Shown here: positions 9,552 to 16,098 of the stretch, in pieces
How positions within the stretch are numbered: position 1 is the first letter of the stretch
Layout of the letters: each line of letters begins with the position of its first letter
Assembly (NCBI RefSeq): GCF_021054785.1
Contig: NZ_CP088239.1
Coordinates: forward strand, 1,020,001-1,052,000
Direction of reading: 5' to 3'
From: Tannockella kyphosi
Lineage (GTDB): Bacteria > Bacillota_I > Bacilli_A > Erysipelotrichales > Coprobacillaceae
Length of the DNA: 32,000 nt
Translations under genes and position numbers: made by a program
The notes under the pieces: generated by a model
Told to the model about the DNA's origin: nothing
Seen by the model: the letters and a program-made list of their open reading frames with translations, nothing else
Database searches by the model: none

Positions 9552-10387
9552 GTTATTTTCCCTAAACTTCCATCAAAAATTTCATTATAAAACAATTCTA
9601 AAACACGATCATAATCAGTATATCCACGAACTTGTTTGATTTTACGATTTTTTGCAATATCTTCAAATAACGGTTCAATCCAATCTGAATCTAAATCAAT
9701 AGTTACTTGATACCTATCTTCAACCCTACCAGGATAATTTTTCACTAAATACTCAACCGCATAAATAAATAACTCATCTAAAGGTAAAATTTGTTGTTTA
9801 ATAGATCCAATTAAAGCAATATTTCGGGCAATTTGAATATCATCAAAACGTGGCCATAAAACACCTGGTGTATCAAACAATTCAAAATCTTTATCCACAC
9901 GAATTAACTGTTGTGCCTTTGTAACACCTGGACGATTTCCAGTTATTGTTGCTTTACGTTTCGCTAATCGATTGATAAAAGTAGATTTTCCAACATTTGG
10001 AATACCTAAAACCATCGCACGCATGGCACGAGGACGAAGCCCTTTTGCAGCTTCTTTTGCCATTTTTTCGGCTAAAATTTCTTTACATATTTTAATAATT
10101 AATTGATGTTCATTAAAGTTTTTTAAGTTTACACAAATAGCATAATATCCTAAAGATCGATAATATTCTAACCATTGATTTGTGATACGTTCATCACTCA
10201 AATCTTTTTTTGTCATTACAATAAGTCTTGGCTTATTATTAATAATCTCATCGAACATCGGATTTTTAGATGCTTTTGGTGCTCTAGAATCAACTAGTTC
10301 CACAACTATATCAATTAATTTTATTTTCTCACTTATTTCCCTTCTAGCTTTTGCCATATGTCCAGGAAACCAATGTATTTGACTCAT
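9521..10387 (-). CDS. rbgA: Ribosome biogenesis GTPase A (YlqF), circularly permuted GTPase
   Basis: 288 aa. MSQIHWFPGHMAKARREI N-terminus. Permuted order G4 (TKKD) then G1 (GIPNVGKST) then G3 (DTPG). AGGAGG RBS. Conserved ylqF-rnhB order. Confidence 0.95.
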   Translation of the reverse strand: MSQIHWFPGHMAKARREISEKIKLIDIVVELVDSRAPKASKNPMFDEIINNKPRLIVMTKKDLSDERITNQWLEYYRSLGYYAICVNLKNFNEHQLIIKICKEILAEKMAKEAAKGLRPRAMRAMVLGIPNVGKSTFINRLAKRKATITGNRPGVTKAQQLIRVDKDFELFDTPGVLWPRFDDIQIARNIALIGSIKQQILPLDELFIYAVEYLVKNYPGRVEDRYQVTIDLDSDWIEPLFEDIAKNRKIKQVRGYTDYDRVLELFYNEIFDGSLGKITWERPETSTN

Positions 10388-10396
10388 AAAAACCTC

Positions 10397-10942
10397 CTAA
10401 TCTATCCACTCCATATTAGAAAATGGATATACAATAATTCCACCCTTCCCTAGTATTTCTTCACTAGAGACAGCGCCTATACTTCTAGAATCCGTAGAAT
10501 TCAAACGATTATCACCTAAAACAAAATATTCATCTTCTTCTAAAGTAATAGAAAAATCATTTGTAAAATTAGTTGCATTGTATAGCTCTATCGACTCAGT
10601 TATATAATCTATATCCAAAAAATCTTCCGCATAAATAACCCCATCCACAAATAAAACATCATCAATATATTCTATTTTTTCACCAGGTAAACCAATGATT
10701 CTTTTTACTATATACTTATCTAAAACAGTACTATCTACAACCACAATATCAAATCGTTCAATATCTTCACTCGCATGCCATATTTGTATCAATCCCACAT
10801 CACCATCATTCATTGTTGGATACATAGAATCACCCACTACATTAACTAAACGAAAAACAAAATGAAATAACAAAAAAGTGAATCCGAAAATAAGTACATA
10901 TTCTATAATTATTCGTATTGTTTTTTTACGTTTTCTTTCCAT
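10397..10942 (-). CDS. lepB: Signal peptidase I (S26 family)
   Basis: 181 aa. N-terminal TM segment, catalytic Ser box GDSMYPT, Lys box VKRIIGLPGE, and GDNRLNSTDSR. Confidence 0.93.
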   Translation of the reverse strand: MERKRKKTIRIIIEYVLIFGFTFLLFHFVFRLVNVVGDSMYPTMNDGDVGLIQIWHASEDIERFDIVVVDSTVLDKYIVKRIIGLPGEKIEYIDDVLFVDGVIYAEDFLDIDYITESIELYNATNFTNDFSITLEEDEYFVLGDNRLNSTDSRSIGAVSSEEILGKGGIIVYPFSNMEWID

Positions 10943-10977
10943 AAAATCACCACCTTTATCTATTATTGCATAAAGTT

Positions 10978-11004
10978 AAAAAAAAAGAAATGGAAATCCA
11001 TTTC
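10978..11004 (-). terminator. Rho-independent terminator after rplS
   Basis: Transcript reads AGAAAUGGA-uu-UCCAUUUCU followed by UUUUUUUU. Arms at 10985-10993 and 10996-11004, A-run 10978-10985 on +. It starts immediately after the rplS stop. Confidence 0.7.
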
Positions 11005-11355
11005 TTATTTTCTAATTTCTTTAATTCTTGCAGCTTTTCCTGATAATCCACGTAAGTAGTTTAATTTAGCTCTACGAACTTTACCAACTTTAGTTACTTC
11101 GATACGATCGATGATTGGACTATGTACTGGGAAGATTCTTTCTACACCTACTGAGTAAGAGATTTTTCTTACTGTAAATGTTTCAGAGATTCCAGCTCCG
11201 TTTCTTGAGATACATACACCTTCAAATAACTGAATACGGTGTTTGTCACCTTCTTTAATTTTTACGTAAACTTTTAAAGAATCTCCAGCTTTGAATAAAG
11301 GGATATCTTTTTTTAATTGTTGTTTCGTAATTTCATTTACTAATCCTAAGTTCAT
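11005..11355 (-). CDS. rplS: 50S ribosomal protein L19
   Basis: 116 aa. [33 protein letters not shown] is typical L19. AAGGAG RBS. Follows trmD. Confidence 0.97.
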   Translation of the reverse strand: MNLGLVNEITKQQLKKDIPLFKAGDSLKVYVKIKEGDKHRIQLFEGVCISRNGAGISETFTVRKISYSVGVERIFPVHSPIIDRIEVTKVGKVRRAKLNYLRGLSGKAARIKEIRK

Positions 11356-11433
11356 TATAATTTCTCCTTTATATAGATTTGTCTTGGGAGCTCTTAGTGA
11401 TAACCAGCGGAACCCTTGCGCCTTTTACAGACC
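11356..11433 (-). promoter_or_regulatory. Candidate structured 5' leader of rplS (possible L19 autoregulatory leader)
   Basis: A G+C-rich island in an otherwise A+T-rich spacer. The transcript reads GGUCUGUAAAAGGCGCAAGGGUUCCGCUGGUUAUCACUAAGAGCUCCCAAGACAAAUC, starting at the predicted TSS and ending about 20 nt before the RBS. L19 leader elements are known upstream of rplS in low-GC Gram-positives. I could not fold it convincingly by eye. Confidence 0.4.
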
Positions 11434-11438
11434 TAAAT

Positions 11439-11466
11439 ATAATAGCACATTTAAAATATTAATCAA
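11439..11466 (-). promoter_or_regulatory. SigmaA-type promoter for rplS
   Basis: Minus-strand reading aagaTTGATTaatattttaaatgtgcTATTATatttagg. -35 TTGATT (11461-11466, overlapping the trmD TGA stop), 16-nt spacer, extended -10 TGcTATTAT (11439-11447). Confidence 0.5.
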
Positions 11467-12182
11467 TCTTTTTTTGTTATTTTTTCTAAAAAAACTTTGT
11501 CTTCTTGAGTTAATGGATAATTTTCTAATAAATCAGGCCTTCTTAGATATGTTTTTTTCAATGACTGTTGATGACGCCATTGTTGAATATTAGCGTGATG
11601 TCCACTAATTAAAATATCTGGCACTACGTTACCATCATATTCAAAAGGTCTTGTATATTGAGGACATTCTAATAAACCATTGCTAAAAGAATCATCAATA
11701 TGACTATCCTCTTTAATAGCTCCATCTAACAAACGAATAATCGCATCACTAACAACCATAGACCCTAATTCTCCGCCTGTTAAAACATAATCACCTATCG
11801 ATATTTCTACATCAACATAGTCTCGAATACGCTCATCAAAGCCCTCATAATGACCACATAATATAATCAAATGCTTTGATAAAGAAAAGTTTGAAGCTAG
11901 TTCTTGGCAAAAAGGAACTCCTTGAGGTGACATTAAAATAATGGTACTCTCAGGTGTTGTAAGAGACTTTAAACAATCTAAGATAGGTTGACATGTTAAA
12001 ACCATTCCCTGTCCACCACCATATGGATAATCATCTACCTTTTGATGTTTATTTAGAGAAAAATCTCGAAAGTTATGAACATTCACTTCCACTAATCCTT
12101 TATCAATTGTTCTTTTAATAATAGATGTTTCCAAAAAACCTAGGAACATTTCTGGAAAAAGAGACAATATATCAATCTTCAT
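11463..12182 (-). CDS. trmD: tRNA (guanine37-N1)-methyltransferase
   Basis: 239 aa. MKIDILSLFPEMF N-terminus and the SPQG, YEGFDERI and GDYVLTGGE motifs of TrmD. The ATG overlaps the rimM 3' end by 11 nt. Confidence 0.97.
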   Translation of the reverse strand: MKIDILSLFPEMFLGFLETSIIKRTIDKGLVEVNVHNFRDFSLNKHQKVDDYPYGGGQGMVLTCQPILDCLKSLTTPESTIILMSPQGVPFCQELASNFSLSKHLIILCGHYEGFDERIRDYVDVEISIGDYVLTGGELGSMVVSDAIIRLLDGAIKEDSHIDDSFSNGLLECPQYTRPFEYDGNVVPDILISGHHANIQQWRHQQSLKKTYLRRPDLLENYPLTQEDKVFLEKITKKD

Positions 12183-12678
12183 CGATCATTCCCTCTAATA
12201 ATTCTACAACTATTTTATTATTATCAATATCTTCTTCTAAAATAAATGCATCTACATAAGGTATCATTAATCTTTTATTATGATATTCAACTACTAATAC
12301 ATCATGTCTTCCATTATCAATAACCTCTATAACTGATCCTAGAACATTATCTTTATAAATAATTTGTGCTCCAATAATATCATCTAAAAAATATTCTTCT
12401 TTGTCTAGTTCAACTTTAGCTTTATCAAAAAAAACAGGACATCCAATATATTTTTCCACTAAATTAATATCTAAATGATCTTTAAAAGCAACTAAATAAT
12501 TAGTTTTATGAAATCTTTTACTAGCAATAGTAAAAGGCATTGTTTGTTTATTATACTGTAAATAAATAGTTTGTCCTACAACTAAAGCATCATCAACAAA
12601 ATCACTTTTACTACGGATTTTAACTTCTCCTTTTAAAGCATGACAACCAACTATTTTCCCTATTTTTATCTTTTCCAT
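12172..12678 (-). CDS. rimM: 16S rRNA processing protein RimM
   Basis: 168 aa. IGKIVGCHALKGEVKIRS is a typical RimM N-terminus. AGGAGG RBS. Ends in TGA. Conserved rimM-trmD order. Confidence 0.93.
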   Translation of the reverse strand: MEKIKIGKIVGCHALKGEVKIRSKSDFVDDALVVGQTIYLQYNKQTMPFTIASKRFHKTNYLVAFKDHLDINLVEKYIGCPVFFDKAKVELDKEEYFLDDIIGAQIIYKDNVLGSVIEVIDNGRHDVLVVEYHNKRLMIPYVDAFILEEDIDNNKIVVELLEGMIDED

Positions 12679-12691
12679 CTTATCCTCCTAT

Positions 12692-12718
12692 ATAATAAAA
12701 GATGTGCTTTGCACATCT
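12692..12718 (-). terminator. Intra-operon terminator-like hairpin between the KH-domain gene and rimM
   Basis: Transcript reads AGAUGUGC-AAA-GCACAUCU (arms 12700-12707 and 12711-12718), followed by UUUAUUAUAU and then directly by the rimM AGGAGG RBS. Confidence 0.45.
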
Positions 12719-12720
12719 AA

Positions 12721-12969
12721 TTATTCGTACGATTCAAATTTAATATCAATTCTTTTATTGGACATACGACCCGAAACAGACATTAATTGTCGAATAGAAT
12801 TAGCCATAACACCTTTTCTACCGATTAATTTAGCAAGATCATCTTTGCCACAATATAAGTGTAAAACTACTGTATCTTCATCTAAAGAAGTCATTTCACG
12901 TACTTTTAATTGGTCCTTATCATCAACAAGCTCAATTGCAATATCATATAATGTCTTTGAAAAGTCCAT
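12721..12969 (-). CDS. ylqC: KH-domain RNA-binding protein (YlqC/KhpA family, UPF0109)
   Basis: 82 aa. The GKDDLAKLIGRKGVMANSIRQL segment contains the KH GxxG-type loop (IGRKG). It sits between rpsP and rimM as in B. subtilis ylqC and S. pneumoniae khpA. It starts 2 nt after the rpsP stop. Confidence 0.9.
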   Translation of the reverse strand: MDFSKTLYDIAIELVDDKDQLKVREMTSLDEDTVVLHLYCGKDDLAKLIGRKGVMANSIRQLMSVSGRMSNKRIDIKFESYE

Positions 12970-12971
12970 GA

Positions 12972-13244
12972 TTATTTACCTAATTTAGAATCAGTGAATT
13001 TTTTCATGATACCTTGACTTGATAATAAGTTTTTAACTGTATCAGATGGTTGTGCACCTTTGCTTAACCATTTTAAAACTTCTTCTTCTTTTACAGTAAC
13101 TTGTGCAGGTGTAGTAGTTGGGTTATAAGTTCCTAACATTTCAATGAATCTACCATCTCTTGGTGATCTTGAATCAGCTGCAACAATTCTATAGAAAGGT
13201 GCTTTTTTAGCTCCCATTCTGATTAAACGTAATTTAACTGCCAT
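12972..13244 (-). CDS. rpsP: 30S ribosomal protein S16
   Basis: 90 aa. [35 protein letters not shown] is canonical S16. AGGAGG RBS. Confidence 0.97.
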   Translation of the reverse strand: MAVKLRLIRMGAKKAPFYRIVAADSRSPRDGRFIEMLGTYNPTTTPAQVTVKEEEVLKWLSKGAQPSDTVKNLLSSQGIMKKFTDSKLGK

Positions 13245-13279
13245 TTGTAATTCCTCCTATTTCTTTTTAGTACTCGTCT

Positions 13280-13308
13280 ATAGTAACATGCTAAAAAAAG
13301 AGTGTCAA
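13280..13308 (-). promoter_or_regulatory. SigmaA-type promoter for the rpsP operon
   Basis: Minus-strand reading gcTTGACActctttttttagcatgtTACTATagac. Perfect -35 TTGACA (13303-13308), 17-nt spacer, -10 TACTAT (13280-13285). The -35 lies inside the 3' arm of the ffh terminator. Confidence 0.6.
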
Positions 13309-13325
13309 GCTTTTTTGCTTAACAC
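13293..13325 (-). terminator. Rho-independent terminator after ffh
   Basis: Transcript reads GUGUUAAGC-AAAAAA-GCUUGACAC (9 bp with one G-U; arms 13317-13325 and 13302-13310), then UC and UUUUUUU (A-run 13293-13299 on +). Confidence 0.7.
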
Positions 13326-13375
13326 CTTTATATATTTTTTAAACTTATCAACCATATACTTCTCTTTTTCATAAA

Positions 13376-14764
13376 TTATTTCTTTTTCTTTTTATGACGA
13401 ACTTTCTTACGATTAGGATCTGGACGATTTGGATTATATGACTTCCCTGGCATACCTGTATTAGGATTCATATTTGCTAAACCTTTCATCATCTTTTTAG
13501 ATTCTTCAAATTGTTTTATTAAACGATTTACATCCGCAATATTTTTACCACACCCTTTAGCGATTCTCTCTTTTCTAGAGGTAGTTAAAATATCAGGTGT
13601 TCTTCTTTCTTGAGGAGTCATCGAATAAATAATAGATTCTGTCATTTTTATTTTACGATCAGATTCTTCATCATCGATTTGTGGCATGTTATTAGCCATT
13701 CCAGGCATCATTTTTAAAATACCAGATAATGAACCCAATTTACGAACTTGTTGCATTTGAGCTAACATATCATCTAATCCAAAAATACCTTGTTGCATAC
13801 GTCTAAACGTAGCCATTGTATCCTTTTCATCATAAACATCTTGTACCTTTTCAACTAATGAGACAACATCCCCCATCCCTAAAATACGAGTAGCCATACG
13901 ATCTGGATAGAATAGTTCTAATTGATCTAATTTTTCACCAGTACCAATAAATTTAATTGGTACCCCTGTAATATGACGAATTGATAATGCTCCCCCACCA
14001 CGAGAATCACCATCCAACTTTGTAAGAACAGCACCTGTTAAAGATAATGCTTTATTAAAACCATCTGCTACAGTAACAATATCTTGCCCTGTTAAAGCAT
14101 CTACTACAAGTAAAATATCGGTAGGTTTGGCAATTTCTTTAATATCACGTAACTCATTCATTAACGTTTCATCAATATGTAAACGACCAGCAGTATCGAT
14201 CATGACAACGTCATGATTGTATTGTTTTGCAAAAGCCATTGCTTCGCTAACAATTTGTTGGGCAGGATATTCTGTTCCTTTTTCAAAAACAGGAATATTT
14301 AGTTGTTCTCCTAGTACTTTTAATTGGTCCACGGCAGCAGGACGATAAATATCAGCGGCAACTAATAAAGGTCGCTTTGCTTCTTTACTAGCAAGCATGT
14401 TTGCAATCTTACCAGTTGATGTCGTTTTCCCAGACCCTTGTAAACCAACCATCATAATTACATTAGGATTATTGTTCAATGAAAGTGTAGAAACTTCCGT
14501 TCCTAATAATTTTACTAATTCATCATTTACAATCTTAACAACTAATTGTCCTGGCTTTAAAGAACCTAAAACATCTTGTCCTAAAGCTAATTCTTTCGTA
14601 TTTGCAATAAATTCTTTTACTACTTGGAAGTTAACATCCGCTTCTAATAACGCTAATCGGATCTCCGATAACATTTCCTCCATATTCGCTTCTGTTAAAC
14701 GTCCTTGACCAGAAACTTTTTTTAATGTCGTTGACAAACGACTTGATAATGATTCAAAAGCCAT
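13376..14764 (-). CDS. ffh: Signal recognition particle protein Ffh
   Basis: 462 aa. SRP54 N domain, G domain (GLQGSGKTTS, DTAGR, TKLDGD), Met-rich M domain, and a lysine-rich C-terminal tail. AGGAGG RBS. Confidence 0.98.
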   Translation of the reverse strand: MAFESLSSRLSTTLKKVSGQGRLTEANMEEMLSEIRLALLEADVNFQVVKEFIANTKELALGQDVLGSLKPGQLVVKIVNDELVKLLGTEVSTLSLNNNPNVIMMVGLQGSGKTTSTGKIANMLASKEAKRPLLVAADIYRPAAVDQLKVLGEQLNIPVFEKGTEYPAQQIVSEAMAFAKQYNHDVVMIDTAGRLHIDETLMNELRDIKEIAKPTDILLVVDALTGQDIVTVADGFNKALSLTGAVLTKLDGDSRGGGALSIRHITGVPIKFIGTGEKLDQLELFYPDRMATRILGMGDVVSLVEKVQDVYDEKDTMATFRRMQQGIFGLDDMLAQMQQVRKLGSLSGILKMMPGMANNMPQIDDEESDRKIKMTESIIYSMTPQERRTPDILTTSRKERIAKGCGKNIADVNRLIKQFEESKKMMKGLANMNPNTGMPGKSYNPNRPDPNRKKVRHKKKKK

Positions 14765-14774
14765 AGTATTCCTC

Positions 14775-15104
14775 CTAAATATCGCGTAACATCTTCAAAT
14801 ATGCATCCATACTAGAAGTGTCTTTATTTTCTAAATCTTCAATTTGATCAATTAACTTTTGTCTTTCTATGTGTTTTTGTAGCAAACCGAGTTTCGTTTC
14901 ATATTTTTCTAAAGAATGAACTGCTTTTTTTAAATTATCAAATACAGCATTTCGGCTAACTCCAAATTCATCCGCAATTTCTCCTAAAGATAAATCTTGA
15001 TTATAATAGAAATCTAAATATACTCTTTGTTTATCAGTCAATAACTCTTCGTAACAATCCATTAACAAATTAACTCGTTGTTTCTTTTCTAAATTATTTT
15101 CCAT
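14775..15104 (-). CDS. ylxM: YlxM-family putative helix-turn-helix protein (UPF0122)
   Basis: 109 aa. LLTDKQRVYLDFYYNQDLSLGEIADEFGVSRNAVFDNLKKA is the sigma-70 region-4-like HTH typical of YlxM. It has the conserved position between ftsY and ffh. Its ATG overlaps the ftsY TAA (TAATG). Confidence 0.9.
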   Translation of the reverse strand: MENNLEKKQRVNLLMDCYEELLTDKQRVYLDFYYNQDLSLGEIADEFGVSRNAVFDNLKKAVHSLEKYETKLGLLQKHIERQKLIDQIEDLENKDTSSMDAYLKMLRDI

Positions 15105-16084
15105 TACTCAACTAATCCTTTACACAAACCATAAATATACTGTTCTAAATCAAATTCTTGTAAATCCTCTAATTGTTCTCCTAAACCAACAAATTTCACT
15201 GGTATATTAAGTGCGTCCTTAATAGATAAAACAATCCCACCTTTCGCAGTCCCATCCATCTTTGTAAGAACTAATCCTGTAACATCCGTAATTTTTGAAA
15301 ATTCAGTTGCTTGACTAACCCCATTTTGTCCTGTTGTTGCATCAATCACCAACAATGTTTCATGAGGTCCATCAGGATAACTACGTTTAATAATACGATG
15401 CATTTTCTCTAATTCATTCATTAGATTTACTTTGTTTTGTAATCTTCCTGCAGTATCACAAATCAGAACATCAACTTCTTTTTGCTTTGCCACTTCAAGT
15501 GCATCATATACCACGGCACAAGGATCTCCACCTTCTTTGCCTTTTACAATATCTACACCGACACGTTTTGCCCAAACATCAAGTTGGTTAATAGCTCCAG
15601 CTCTAAAAGTATCTCCAGCTGCAACTAATACCTTTTTCCCTTCTAAATTCACCATTCTACTAGCAAGTTTTGCAATAGTCGTTGTTTTACCAGCACCATT
15701 GACACCAACCATTAAAACAATAGTTGGACCATCTTGATTGTAGTTTATTTTTGTTGACATAACTGAATCATTGGCATAAATAACAAACATTTTATCAACA
15801 ATGATTTCATTAATATAACTTGGGTCTTGAATATTTTGAATACGTACTTCATTCTTTATTTCACCAACGATTTTTAAAACCATCTCTACACCAACATCCG
15901 CCATAATTAAAATATTTTCTAACTCTTCAAAATAATCGTCATTAATAACACGATAACGAGCTGCTAATTCATTAATTCTGTTGGAAAAAGAATTATTTGC
16001 TTTATCTAAACCAGCAACATATTTCTCATTTTGTTTGGTTGATACACCTACCAATTTTTCTTTAATTTGTTTGAAAAAACCCAT
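15104..16084 (-). CDS. ftsY: Signal recognition particle receptor FtsY
   Basis: SRP GTPase motifs GVNGAGKTTT, DTAGR, TKMDGTAKGG. The track start 16090 directly abuts AGGAGA. ATG at 16084 has a 6-nt spacing and is preferred. Confidence 0.96.
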   Translation of the reverse strand: MGFFKQIKEKLVGVSTKQNEKYVAGLDKANNSFSNRINELAARYRVINDDYFEELENILIMADVGVEMVLKIVGEIKNEVRIQNIQDPSYINEIIVDKMFVIYANDSVMSTKINYNQDGPTIVLMVGVNGAGKTTTIAKLASRMVNLEGKKVLVAAGDTFRAGAINQLDVWAKRVGVDIVKGKEGGDPCAVVYDALEVAKQKEVDVLICDTAGRLQNKVNLMNELEKMHRIIKRSYPDGPHETLLVIDATTGQNGVSQATEFSKITDVTGLVLTKMDGTAKGGIVLSIKDALNIPVKFVGLGEQLEDLQEFDLEQYIYGLCKGLVE

Positions 16085-16098
16085 TATCATTCTCCTAA

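Noticed and set aside
11463-12174. Possibility of Mollicutes-type genetic code (TGA = Trp), given the low G+C and short SMC.
   Set aside because: TGA terminates rimM (12172-12174) and trmD (11463-11465) exactly where their homologs end. No supported gene needs TGA read-through, so the standard code 11 applies.
1930-15737. All plus-strand ORFs in the track between these coordinates (for example 2347-2757 at 136 aa, 3482-3910 at 142 aa, 5958-6305, 12704-12988, 14397-14708, 15432-15737), plus those further on (17916-18131, 19055-19267, 19868-20074, 24689-24889, 30737-30949).
   Set aside because: Each lies antisense inside, or across the ends of, a well-supported conserved minus-strand gene. Their translations are low-complexity (Ser/Phe/Leu/Ile-rich), as expected from the reverse frame of A+T-rich coding DNA. 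None has a convincing RBS or a recognisable motif.
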